Below are positions 20,523-29,917 of a stretch of DNA of 64,000 nt, in pieces. How positions within the stretch are numbered: position 1 is the stretch's first letter; each line of letters opens with the position of its first letter. Source of the DNA: Alphaproteobacteria bacterium (lineage in GTDB: Bacteria > Pseudomonadota > Alphaproteobacteria > SP197). The position numbers and the translations under genes were made by a program. The notes beneath the pieces are model-generated. The model worked only from the letters and a program-made list of their open reading frames with translations. It had not been told where the DNA came from and did no database searches. Where the stretch lies: NCBI GenBank assembly GCA_964291415.2, contig OZ219920.1, positions 960,001 to 1,024,000 on the forward strand, in the 5' to 3' direction.

Positions 20523-21066
20523 GCTCGCGGAAGATCCGGAGGCCAGCGACACGCCTTGCGGTCCGAGCCCGTGCCCGGCTGGTCCGTACCTTGGAGCCCG
20601 GCTGGAGGGCCTGGCCCGGACTGTTGCGATCGCCGGAGGCGTACTGCTGATCGCGGTCGTGGTCATGACCGTGATCAGCGTTCTGGGACGCTATCTTTTC
20701 AACACCCCGATTCCCGGCGATTACGAACTCACGGAGCTTGCCTGCGGCATCGCCGTGTTCGCCTTCTTTCCTTACTGCCACGCCAGGAACGGCAACATCG
20801 TCGTGGAGTTTTTCACCGGAGGATTGCGCCCGCATCACAGGACGGTGCTGGACACGGTTCACGCCGTCGCCTTCGCGGTGGCTGCCGGCCTGATCACATG
20901 GCGCCTGTTCGTCGGTGCGGTACACAAGCTTGAAGATGGTGAGACGACGCTGTTTCTGGGTGTCCCGGTTCACTGGGCTTACTTCTCCGCCCTGTTCGGA
21001 GCCGGATTGCTGACTGCGATTTCTTTGCTGGTGGTCTGCCGCCACGTGCACGCCCTGAGACGATGA
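20506..21066 (+). CDS. TRAP transporter small permease (DctQ)
   Basis: Four TM segments; GRYLFNTPIPGDYEL and GNIVVEFF motifs; lies between dctP and dctM. Confidence 0.88.
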   Translation: MTSSSKLAEDPEASDTPCGPSPCPAGPYLGARLEGLARTVAIAGGVLLIAVVVMTVISVLGRYLFNTPIPGDYELTELACGIAVFAFFPYCHARNGNIVVEFFTGGLRPHHRTVLDTVHAVAFAVAAGLITWRLFVGAVHKLEDGETTLFLGVPVHWAYFSALFGAGLLTAISLLVVCRHVHALRR

Positions 21067-22379
21067 CTGGTTTCGAGTTCGGCGGACTCCTGTTCGTCGT
21101 CTGCCTTGCGCTGATAGCCTTGAGGATGCCGGTCGCCGTGGCGATGTTCGTCGTCGGGGGATTCGGCTTCGCCTCGCTCGCAGGGTGGTCGGCGTTCCTC
21201 AATCTGCTGAACACCGCCGCGTTTGGTCGGGTGTCGAGCTATACCCTCTCGGTGCTGCCGCTGTTCCTGTTGATGGGCCAGCTGGCGACGCGGTCCGGTC
21301 TCAGTCGCTCGCTCTACGGCGCGGCTCGTGCCTGGGTGGGTCACTACCGTGGCGGGCTGGCTGTCTCGACCATATTCGGGTGTGCCGCGTTCGGGTCCAT
21401 TTGCGGGTCATCGATCGCGACCGGAGCAACGATGGCATCGGTGGCGCTGCCCGAGATGAGGCGCCACAAGTACTCCGGAGCACTGGCCACCGGCACACTC
21501 GCTGCCGGCGGAACGCTCGGCATCCTGATTCCGCCGTCGGTCATCCTGGTGATCTACGCGGTCATCACGGAACAGTCGGTCGGCAAGCTCTTTCTGGCTG
21601 CGCTGGTTCCGGGACTCATCGCAACATTCGGCTACACGGTGGCGATCGCAATCTATGTTCGGCTGCGACCCGAGTCGGGCCCGGCCGCTCCGGCCCTGCC
21701 TTACCGCGCACGTATGCGCAGCCTGCGCGCGGTGTGGCCGGTGGCGGTGATCTTCTTTTCGGTCATCGGCGGGATTTATCTCGGCGTGTTTACGCCGACC
21801 GAAGCGGCCGCGATCGGGACCGCAGCCATCGCCGTCGTGGCGTTGGTTTCCGGCCGGTTGAGCCGATCCGCGTTGGTATCGAGCCTGCTGGAGACCGCAC
21901 AGGCCACCGCGATGATCTTCCTCATTCTGATCAGCGCAGAGATTTTCAACAGCTTCCTTGCGCTGTCGCAGGTCACCACCGAACTGGCGGATGCGCTGGC
22001 GGGGTCCGGATTGGCGCCCATATCGATCATGATCGGCATCGTGATCGTTTACCTGATCCTCGGTTGCTTCATGGACAGCCTGGCCATGATCCTGCTGACG
22101 GTGCCGGTCTTCTTTCCGTTGGTGACCGGCCTGGACTTCGGCTACACGGAGGAAGAGGTTGCCATCTGGTTCGGAATTCTGGCAGTGATGGCGGTCGAAA
22201 TCGGCCTGATCACTCCGCCGATCGGCCTCAACGTCTATGTGATCAACGCGCTGGACGGAAAGACCCGGCTTGGCGAATCGTTCAGGGGTATCGTTCCGTT
22301 CCTGTTGAGCGCGGTCGCTCTGCTTGCAATCGTTGTGTCTGTGCCCGCGATCTGCCTCTGGCTTCCGGGTCTGGACTAG
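21063..22379 (+). CDS. TRAP transporter large permease (DctM)
   Basis: GGTLGILIPPS, GVFTPTEAA and IGLITPPIGLNVYVI motifs. Confidence 0.93.
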   Translation: MTGFEFGGLLFVVCLALIALRMPVAVAMFVVGGFGFASLAGWSAFLNLLNTAAFGRVSSYTLSVLPLFLLMGQLATRSGLSRSLYGAARAWVGHYRGGLAVSTIFGCAAFGSICGSSIATGATMASVALPEMRRHKYSGALATGTLAAGGTLGILIPPSVILVIYAVITEQSVGKLFLAALVPGLIATFGYTVAIAIYVRLRPESGPAAPALPYRARMRSLRAVWPVAVIFFSVIGGIYLGVFTPTEAAAIGTAAIAVVALVSGRLSRSALVSSLLETAQATAMIFLILISAEIFNSFLALSQVTTELADALAGSGLAPISIMIGIVIVYLILGCFMDSLAMILLTVPVFFPLVTGLDFGYTEEEVAIWFGILAVMAVEIGLITPPIGLNVYVINALDGKTRLGESFRGIVPFLLSAVALLAIVVSVPAICLWLPGLD

Positions 22380-22563
22380 GCATCGCGTTGTGACTCGCAA
22401 ACGCGTGTGCGAGGTTGTCGCGAAGCACAGCGGGTCGCGTCGTCGCCTGTACAGGCGATAGCGCGGATACTGGAGCGGAATGTGCGTGGCGGTCGGATCG
22501 TCGCGGTCATCACGGGCACGAACGGAGCCGTGACAGTGACCGCTACCAAGGATAGGGATCGGC

Positions 22564-24330
22564 ATGGGGCAAGACGACTCTGACCAGGACATCGGGTCCC
22601 GTCGCAATCCGGATACGAAAACTCCTGTTCCGCTCAGCGTGGGACTCGCCCTGCAGATCGCATGCCTGGTGCTGCCCGGCGCGGTGGTGATTCCAACCGT
22701 TGTGTTTCGGGCGGGCGGTCAGCCCGAAGACGTGTTGCTGTGGGCCGTGTTCGCCTCGGTCGCGATCTGCGGCGCGACCGCAATGCTCCAAGCCTGGAGG
22801 ATAGGCCGGATCGGCGCCGGCTACATCCTCGCGATCGGAACGTCGGGGGTTGCCATCGCGGTCAGCATCGCCGCCCTCGCCGCGGGCGGGCCGGCGTTGC
22901 TCGCGACGCTGGTCGTCGCCCTCGCCCTGATCCAGTTCGTGTTCTCCGCACGCCTCTCGCTCTTTCGGCGGATTCTCACTCCCACCGTGACGGGGACAGT
23001 GCTGATGCTGACGCCGGTCACGATCATGCCGATCATGTTCGATCAGTTGAAGGATGTGCCGGACGGCACGCCGCCGCTGGCCGCGCCGCTCAGCGCCTTG
23101 ACAACCCTGATCGTCATTGCGGGCATCGCGCTGACGGCGAAAGGACGGGTGCGCCTGTGGGCGCCGGTCATCGGAATCATCGCAGGGTCGATCGTGGCCG
23201 GCGTGTTCGGCATCTATGACGTCGACCGCATCGCCCGGGCCTCGTGGATCGGCATTCCGAACCTTGAATGGTCGGCGCTGGACTTGCGCTTCGGGACCGA
23301 TTTCTGGGCGCTGCTCCCCGCGTTCGTGTTCATCGCCCTGGTCTGCACGATTCAGACCATCAGCGGCGCCGTTGCGATCCAGCGCGTGTCGTGGGCCGAA
23401 AGCCGGGCGGTGGATTTCAGAGCGGTGCAGGGTGCCGTCGCTGCCGACGGAGTGGGCAATCTGCTGTCCGGCCTGGCGGGCACGATGCCGCTCGGCTTCC
23501 GGCCAACGGGTGCGTCGATGGTCGAGATCACCGGGATGAGTTCCCGTCGGATTGGCCTGGCGTTCGGGGCATCCCTCATCGTGCTGGCGTTCCTTCCCAA
23601 GGCACTTGCCGTGATCCTCGCGATGCCGGGACCGGTCATCGGGGCATTCGTCACCGTCACGATGGCGACACTTTTCATCATCGGCATGAAAGTGATTGTC
23701 CAGGATGGCATCGACTATCGCAAAGGCCTGATTGCCGGACTGTCCTTCTGGATCGGCGTAGGCTTTCAGAGCGACGTGATTTTTCCCGCGCTTGTCGCGG
23801 AGTTTGCCGGCGCTCACCTGAAGAACGGAATGCTGACCGGAGGCGTTGCGGCAATCGTCATGACTGTCTTCGTCGAGTTGACGAAGCCGCGCAGGCGCCG
23901 GATCGAAGTGGAGTTCGATCCCTCCACACTGCACGAGATCCGCGAGTTCGTTGCGGCATTCGCATCGCGAAGAGGCTGGGACTCCGCGATGGCGGACCGT
24001 CTGGATGCCGTCTGCGATGAAACGTTGCTGACGCTCCAGCGTGAAAGCGAGCCCGGCACGGACATCGAGCGGCAGCGGCTGCTCCTCACGGCACGCGTGG
24101 AAGACGGCGGTGCGGTTCTGGAATTCGTCACCACGAAAGGCGAGGAGAACCTCCAGGATCGAATCGCGCTGCTGGGCGAGGCCAGTGACGGTTCGATGAT
24201 TGAACGGGATATCTCGCTCAGGCTCCTGCGTCACCTCGCCTCTTCGGTCCGTCATCAACAGTACCACGACACGGATATCGTGACCGTCCGGGTGGAGCCG
24301 CCGGGAGCGGGGATCGTGCGAGCGATGTGA
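22564..24330 (+). CDS. NCS2/UraA (xanthine-uracil permease)-family transporter fused to a C-terminal degenerate HATPase_c (RsbW-like) domain
   Basis: About 440 aa multi-TM region with TPTVTGTVLM, GAVAADGVGNLLSGLAG and PGPVIG, then a soluble tail (LHEIREFVAAFA..GW..RLDAVCDETLL...ISLRLLRHLASSVRH). Confidence 0.75.
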   Translation: MGQDDSDQDIGSRRNPDTKTPVPLSVGLALQIACLVLPGAVVIPTVVFRAGGQPEDVLLWAVFASVAICGATAMLQAWRIGRIGAGYILAIGTSGVAIAVSIAALAAGGPALLATLVVALALIQFVFSARLSLFRRILTPTVTGTVLMLTPVTIMPIMFDQLKDVPDGTPPLAAPLSALTTLIVIAGIALTAKGRVRLWAPVIGIIAGSIVAGVFGIYDVDRIARASWIGIPNLEWSALDLRFGTDFWALLPAFVFIALVCTIQTISGAVAIQRVSWAESRAVDFRAVQGAVAADGVGNLLSGLAGTMPLGFRPTGASMVEITGMSSRRIGLAFGASLIVLAFLPKALAVILAMPGPVIGAFVTVTMATLFIIGMKVIVQDGIDYRKGLIAGLSFWIGVGFQSDVIFPALVAEFAGAHLKNGMLTGGVAAIVMTVFVELTKPRRRRIEVEFDPSTLHEIREFVAAFASRRGWDSAMADRLDAVCDETLLTLQRESEPGTDIERQRLLLTARVEDGGAVLEFVTTKGEENLQDRIALLGEASDGSMIERDISLRLLRHLASSVRHQQYHDTDIVTVRVEPPGAGIVRAM

Positions 24331-24446
24331 GCCGGCGGCACCGTCACGCAATCGACATCGATGCGATCCGGAGCATTTGATTGACGTGAAGCGACGAGCA
24401 GTTAGCCTCGATGACTCAATTCGTCCAAGGGACAGGGGGAAGCTCG

Positions 24447-24746
24447 ATGTACTTCGTCGCGTTCGTTACCGACAAACCGGGAATGGAACAAAAGCACAGG
24501 GATCTGCAGGGAGCCTTTACGGGCTATCTGCGTGATCATCCTGATCATCCCGATGTTGTCGTTCATCATGCAGGTCCGACCCACGACGTCGATACGCACA
24601 GTATCGCAGGGTTGTTGCTGATTGTTGAAGCGCCCTCCGTGGCAGAGGCGCGGGCATTCGTGGCTGGCAGTCCATTCGGCCAGGCGGACATCTTCGCCGA
24701 AACCCAGATCCGGCGGTGGGACTGGAGAACAGGAAGTCCGGACTAG
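24447..24746 (+). CDS. YciI family protein
   Basis: TDKPG, AGP..., GLLLIVEAPSVAEARAF..SPF pattern; about 100 aa. Confidence 0.75.
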   Translation: MYFVAFVTDKPGMEQKHRDLQGAFTGYLRDHPDHPDVVVHHAGPTHDVDTHSIAGLLLIVEAPSVAEARAFVAGSPFGQADIFAETQIRRWDWRTGSPD

Positions 24747-25029
24747 CGCTGCCTCGTCTCCAACAGGTCATGGCGAACATCTGATCTCGGTGGCGTTGAG
24801 ATCTGTTCATGGTTTCCCGGCATCAATCAACTCGATCTGCGTGGGTGCATCGTCTCGCCGCGCCGCACGGCGCTTGCTGACTCCGGATTCCGGGATGTCC
24901 GGGGACGCCTTGAGGTTTTCGCCTGTCCGTCGGTTCCGGTCCGGAATGCGGCGCACCGGGAGATCCGCCGTGGATTGATGGATCACGAGCACCCCCCAGG
25001 GGGCCATGCCTGCCTTCTCCAGCCGCCCG

Positions 25030-25872
25030 CTATGGCTTCGAGCCTTGGTTCGTTGAGCCGCCGTTCAACGGCGCTGGCCGGCTCGCGTCCGATTGTCGGC
25101 GGCCGAGGCTGGCACCACCGTCGATGGTGAAGACGCTGCCGGTGATCCAGTCGCCGGCGGGGGAGAGGAGGTAGGCGACCATCCAGGCGATGTCGTCGGG
25201 AGTTCCGAGACGTGGTACCGGGAAGTTCCGGCTTGCCGCCTCACCGCTGTCGGATGCGTCGTACTGGCGCATGCCTTCGGTCATGACCGCACCGGGTCCC
25301 ACCGCGTTGACGAGAATCCGGTGGTCACTCCATTCGAGAGCCAGGGTGCGCGTCAGGTTGACGACCGCGGCGCGGGCCGCGGCGCCGTGGGCAAAGTGTT
25401 CCATCGCCCATGTGTGGGCAAAGACGATGTTGACGATGCGGCCCGGCGTGCCGCTGTCGCGATGCGCCCGGGCAAAGGCACTGCTCATCTGCCAGGTGCC
25501 CTGGACGTTGAGATCCATGACGGCCCTGAAACCATTGGCCGAGATGTCCTGCGCCCTGGCCGAGAACTGGCCACCGGCGTTGTTGACGAGATGATCGGGC
25601 AGGCCGCGCTCCCGGACGGTCGTCCGGAGCACCTCCTGGCAGGCCGAGTCGTCACGGATGTTGAGGACCTGGAAGGCGGCATCGATGCCGTGCCCGGCCA
25701 GTTCGCCGCATGCCTCCTCGAGAACCTGCTGGCGACGCGCTGCAATCGTGATTCTGGCGCCAAGCAGGCCAAGCTCCCGGGCGCAGCCGAAACCGATGCC
25801 CGTGCCGCCGCCGGTGATGAACACGTGGCTCCCGTCAAGGAGACCGGAGCGGAAGATGGAAGATGAACCCAT
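25030..25872 (-). CDS. SDR oxidoreductase (2,4-dienoyl/trans-2-enoyl-CoA reductase-like)
   Basis: ITGGGTGIG, LVNNAGGQF and VNAVGPG motifs. Confidence 0.85.
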   Translation of the reverse strand: MGSSSIFRSGLLDGSHVFITGGGTGIGFGCARELGLLGARITIAARRQQVLEEACGELAGHGIDAAFQVLNIRDDSACQEVLRTTVRERGLPDHLVNNAGGQFSARAQDISANGFRAVMDLNVQGTWQMSSAFARAHRDSGTPGRIVNIVFAHTWAMEHFAHGAAARAAVVNLTRTLALEWSDHRILVNAVGPGAVMTEGMRQYDASDSGEAASRNFPVPRLGTPDDIAWMVAYLLSPAGDWITGSVFTIDGGASLGRRQSDASRPAPLNGGSTNQGSKP

Positions 25873-25881
25873 CCGGCGCCG

Positions 25882-27132
25882 CTATTCCCGGTTCAGGCCC
25901 CGGGAAAGCCGTTCCCGCATGCCGTCCCGGTTGTTCTCGTGAAAGGCTCGATCGCGCTGAGCCGCGGCTTCATCAAGACAGAGGTTGCGGAAGTCGGGCA
26001 TGATACATCCGTCTTCGGCCATCGCCTCGAGGCGGGCATTGATCGCCTGCTTCTTCTCCACCTGGTGGGGCTGGACCTCGTGCATGAGGGACATGTCATG
26101 CTCCTCGACAACGAGAACGCCGGCATCGATGGCCTCCTGCATCAGGGCATCGCCGCGGCCGGTGCGGCTGATGAACGTGCTCCATCCACCGTCCTCGTTC
26201 CTTTCAGGCGCTCCGCCGGGCCAGGCGTCGGCCACCGTGACATCCGTCGTCTCGCCCGTGGGATCGGCGCAGATCCGGCAGCGGAACTGGAACGTCCAGC
26301 CCTGCGGCCCGTACCAGAAGTCGAGGTAGTCCTCGTCGAAGATCCTGCCGTCGCGATCAACCGCCCGGGTGGGTCCGGGACATCCGTGACCGCGGTAGCG
26401 AAAGAGCGAGAGATTGTCTTCACCCGCGGCGCCCCCCGGAAATCCCACCCGATCCAGCATCTGCCGCGAACAGTCGAGGTCTGCGAAGGTGCCGCAGGAA
26501 AACGCCAGCGTGGCACGCACCAGTTCGCCGACCCTGGGGTCGTGTCTGGCGTAGTTGTGGACGCCGGAGATGTCGCAGGGCTTGCCGATGACGGCAAAGG
26601 GGCGACCCATGTCGAGGAGTTCCGTGAAGCGGTCGAGGGGCGCCACCGGACCATACCGCGACCCTGCACCCGCCAGCACGTCGTCGCGAGTCCACGAGAC
26701 ATGGCTGCGCGAACGCATGGGACGGTTCTCGTCGGCCCTGACGTGGCTGATGAAGTCGACGCCGCCGCTGTCGAGGAGGTGGAGGGCAAGCGCCGTCAGC
26801 GCCCCGCCCGAAGCCGCCATGTGGCGAATGGAAGCGTCCCGCGCATGACCCTTCCAGATGCGGATCCAGGGTCCGAATGCCGGATCCACGGCTACCGTGT
26901 CCTTGTGCCGCGCAGGATCCGGGGCGCCGTCAAGCCGCATGCCCGGGCAGGTCTCGAGAATGGCACGCTCGGTCGCCGGATCCAGACGCTGGCGGATCAC
27001 CGGACGCAGGCGCCCCGGCGGATCGACCCAGTCCATGGCGACCCTGTCCCTGCCGGCAATGGCCTCGCACAGGCCACATCCCAGACACAGTCCGTTCTCG
27101 ACGATCTCCTTCAGCGACTGCGGGTGACGCAT
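25882..27132 (-). CDS. Coenzyme F420 hydrogenase/dehydrogenase beta-subunit (FrhB/FdhB) family Fe-S flavoprotein
   Basis: CLGCGLC, CPG, ASGGALT, AGSRYGP, IGKPCD, YRGHGCPG and RCRICADP motifs. Confidence 0.85.
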   Translation of the reverse strand: MRHPQSLKEIVENGLCLGCGLCEAIAGRDRVAMDWVDPPGRLRPVIRQRLDPATERAILETCPGMRLDGAPDPARHKDTVAVDPAFGPWIRIWKGHARDASIRHMAASGGALTALALHLLDSGGVDFISHVRADENRPMRSRSHVSWTRDDVLAGAGSRYGPVAPLDRFTELLDMGRPFAVIGKPCDISGVHNYARHDPRVGELVRATLAFSCGTFADLDCSRQMLDRVGFPGGAAGEDNLSLFRYRGHGCPGPTRAVDRDGRIFDEDYLDFWYGPQGWTFQFRCRICADPTGETTDVTVADAWPGGAPERNEDGGWSTFISRTGRGDALMQEAIDAGVLVVEEHDMSLMHEVQPHQVEKKQAINARLEAMAEDGCIMPDFRNLCLDEAAAQRDRAFHENNRDGMRERLSRGLNRE

Positions 27133-27133
27133 G

Positions 27134-28303
27134 TCAGGTCCAGCCGGTGTAGGGATCGAGGCCGCGCTTCGTGATCTGGCCTGCCATGATGACCTTCTGG
27201 ATCTCCGAGGTGCCTTCCCAGATCCGTTCGAGGCGGACGTCCCGGGTCAGCCGTTCGACGGGATTCTCGCACATCATGCCGCGCCCTCCGAAGATCTGAG
27301 CCGCACGGTCGACGACCCTGAAGGCGGCCTCCGAACAGTAGTACTTGATGGCGCTCGCCTTGGCATGGGCCGCGCGGCGGTCGAGGCCGGAATCGATCTC
27401 CTGGGCGGTGCGGTAGAGCATCGACTTGCCGGCCATGATTTCGGTTGCCATGTCGGCGAACATGAAGCCGATGCCCTGGAACTCGATGATGGCCTGACCG
27501 AACTGACGGCGCTCCCGGGCCCATTCGAGGGCCAGTTCCGAAGCGCGGATCGCCATGCCGATACTGCGCGCCGCAATCGCCAGCCGGGCCTCGACGAACC
27601 AGTCCTTGGTGAGTTCGAATCCTTCGCCGATCTCACCCAGCATCTGTGTCGCCGGGATCCGCACGTCAACAAGGTCGACCTCGGGGTGCGCGTGACCCGA
27701 GCGCTGGGAAAACCGCGGCGAACGCCGGATGTTGAACCCTTCGGTGCCCTTGTCGACGAGAAACAGGGTCGGGCGCTCCGGGTCACCATCCATGATGGTG
27801 GTCACGAGATTGACATGGGCGCTGTCGGAGTAACTGGCGAAGCACTTCTCGCCGTTGATGACGTAGCGGTTTCCGGCCAGTTGCGCCGATGTCCTGATGC
27901 CGCCGGCATCCGAGCCGGCTCCGGGCTCCGTGACGCAGAACGACACGGTGACGTCGCCACGGCATGCCGGCACCAGGTAGGCGGCGATCTGTTCGGGCGT
28001 TCCCTGTTTCAGGCAGACGGGGGGCTGCCAGACCCGCCCCCAGAGTCCGTTGGTGGCCGAACCGACTTCCTCGTTGACGATACACTGCTGGACGATCGTC
28101 ATACCCTGGCCGCCATGCTCGGGATCGTGGTTGATGGCGTTGAGGCGGTGATCGAGGACCCCCTGGCGTATTCCGGCTTCCGTGGCCTCGTCGAGGGATT
28201 CGTTCTCGTCGAGAGTGATTTCGTGAGGCCAGAGATGCTGTCGGGCAAAGCTGCGCGCCCGTTCACGAACGTCAAGGTCGTCGTGTGTGAGCGTCATGTC
28301 CAT
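27134..28303 (-). CDS. Acyl-CoA dehydrogenase
   Basis: VTEPGAGSD, INGEKCF, RRQFGQAI, QIFGGRG and IWEGTSEIQ motifs. Confidence 0.93.
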   Translation of the reverse strand: MDMTLTHDDLDVRERARSFARQHLWPHEITLDENESLDEATEAGIRQGVLDHRLNAINHDPEHGGQGMTIVQQCIVNEEVGSATNGLWGRVWQPPVCLKQGTPEQIAAYLVPACRGDVTVSFCVTEPGAGSDAGGIRTSAQLAGNRYVINGEKCFASYSDSAHVNLVTTIMDGDPERPTLFLVDKGTEGFNIRRSPRFSQRSGHAHPEVDLVDVRIPATQMLGEIGEGFELTKDWFVEARLAIAARSIGMAIRASELALEWARERRQFGQAIIEFQGIGFMFADMATEIMAGKSMLYRTAQEIDSGLDRRAAHAKASAIKYYCSEAAFRVVDRAAQIFGGRGMMCENPVERLTRDVRLERIWEGTSEIQKVIMAGQITKRGLDPYTGWT

Positions 28304-28326
28304 GGAATGCTTCCTTCCTTCGATGA

Positions 28327-29124
28327 TCAGCGACTTGAGTCGAACACGTCGCGGCGGTCGATATCGAGAGCGTCCGAGATGAAGTCTCCCAGCATGCGCC
28401 CGAAATGAGCCAGGAGTTCCTCGCCAAGCGCCGCTGTCGCCTCACCGGCCCGGCCGACGACCCCCTCGGGGTTGAGATCCTCGGCCCGCCAGGCAAAGCC
28501 GAGCCGGCCGCCGTGGCCGAATCTCCGGTGCCGGGAGGCCAGCGATGTTGCCGCCGACGGAAAGGTGCCGGCGTGCGCCATCTCGACCAGGTCCGGGTGG
28601 AGGGCGAGCATGATGGCGGTTTCCATCATGCCGCCATGGTGTCCCCCGGGGTCGAGGCCGGCGAGGTGAGCGGGCAGGGGCCAGGCCATGTAGTTGGCCC
28701 GGACCACCAGCATGTCGTGGCGGTCTCTCAGGTCCTGTGCCGCCAGATCGACGATCTGCGGTTGGCCGCCATGGGCATTGACGATGACCAGGCGGTGGAT
28801 GCGGCTGGCGGCAAGGCCGGAGCCGATCTGCCTCACCATGGTCAGCAGGGTTTCCGGCTCGTGGGTCAGCGTTCCCGGAAACGAGGTGTGTTCGCTGCTC
28901 TTGCCGATGGCGAGTGGGGGCAGCACGACAACCGTGCCCGGGGTTGCGATATGCTGACGCGCCCGGTCGATCAGGCCCCTGGCAATCATCGTATCGGTGC
29001 CGAGCGGCAGGTGGGGTCCGTGCTGTTCCGTCGCCCCCATGGCGAGAACGGCCACGCATCTGCCTCGGGCCAGTCGCTGCAGTTCGGGAGAGGTGAGGTC
29101 CTCCCAGGAGCGCAGGTCGGCCAT
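28327..29124 (-). CDS. Creatininase-family amidohydrolase
   Basis: GATEQHGPHLPLGTD, SSEHTSFPGT, NAHGG and HGG..ET motifs. Confidence 0.9.
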   Translation of the reverse strand: MADLRSWEDLTSPELQRLARGRCVAVLAMGATEQHGPHLPLGTDTMIARGLIDRARQHIATPGTVVVLPPLAIGKSSEHTSFPGTLTHEPETLLTMVRQIGSGLAASRIHRLVIVNAHGGQPQIVDLAAQDLRDRHDMLVVRANYMAWPLPAHLAGLDPGGHHGGMMETAIMLALHPDLVEMAHAGTFPSAATSLASRHRRFGHGGRLGFAWRAEDLNPEGVVGRAGEATAALGEELLAHFGRMLGDFISDALDIDRRDVFDSSR

Positions 29125-29125
29125 G

Positions 29126-29917
29126 TCAGACCATGGTGAGGCGGACCTCGCCAAGATCCTCGACGGCGCAGACGATGTCGTCTCCCTCGTCGACCAGGAC
29201 GGCTTCGACCAGGGAACCCGTCAGCACGACGTGTCCGGCCAGAAGCCTTGCTCCGCGTTCTGCCAGGCAGTTGGCAAGCCATGCCACGGTGTTGAGGGGA
29301 TGACCCAGGCTGGCCTCCCCGTATCCTTCACCCCGAACCACGCCCGAGATGGCGGTGGTGGCCCGGAGTGCGGCAAGGTCAAGTGACTGCCATCCGGCGA
29401 CTTCCTCGCCGGTGACGATCAGTTTCTGGAAGAAGTCGTCCGCCACCTTTTCCGCCGGCGCCATGTCGGCGTGTTCGGGATGCCGCAGTTCGGCCAGTTC
29501 GATGGCTGCCATGCAGGATTCGATGCAATGGGCAACGCTCGTGCGGTCGTGTCCGCCTTCCCTTGGCTCCAGGTCCTGCCCGATGCGCACGGCGATCTCG
29601 CATTCCGCCACCGGGCTGGTCAGGCCGGATGCCGCCTGGCGCGCCGGGGTGACGTGGTGGTTTGCGGCGAGCACGGCGCCGCCTCCCGGTTGGTCGAGCC
29701 CCAGCATCTCCTGCATGACCTTCGACGTGCAGCCAACCTTCCAGCCCGCCTGTTCCATGCCGCTGGCGGCGCGCTGGCGGATGACCTCATCCTGGATCGC
29801 GTAGCCTTCCTGCATCGAGACGGGCCGCACGTCGGCAGGAAGGCGGGGGACCTCGCCTCCGGCGTCGCGCGCCCGGATCAGCATGGCGGCAGCCTTCTTC
29901 ACGTCATCAGGTGTCAT
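29126..29917 (-). CDS. 2-keto-4-pentenoate hydratase / fumarylacetoacetate hydrolase family protein
   Basis: YAIQD, GWKVGCTS, ECEIA, GHPLNTVAWLAN and VVLTGS motifs. Confidence 0.85.
   Translation of the reverse strand: MTPDDVKKAAAMLIRARDAGGEVPRLPADVRPVSMQEGYAIQDEVIRQRAASGMEQAGWKVGCTSKVMQEMLGLDQPGGGAVLAANHHVTPARQAASGLTSPVAECEIAVRIGQDLEPREGGHDRTSVAHCIESCMAAIELAELRHPEHADMAPAEKVADDFFQKLIVTGEEVAGWQSLDLAALRATTAISGVVRGEGYGEASLGHPLNTVAWLANCLAERGARLLAGHVVLTGSLVEAVLVDEGDDIVCAVEDLGEVRLTMV

Noticed and set aside
24807..25007. HU/IHF-like fragment (NRRTGENLK) in a 66-aa ORF
   Set aside because: Similarity is limited to a few residues; the rest of the HU fold pattern is absent.
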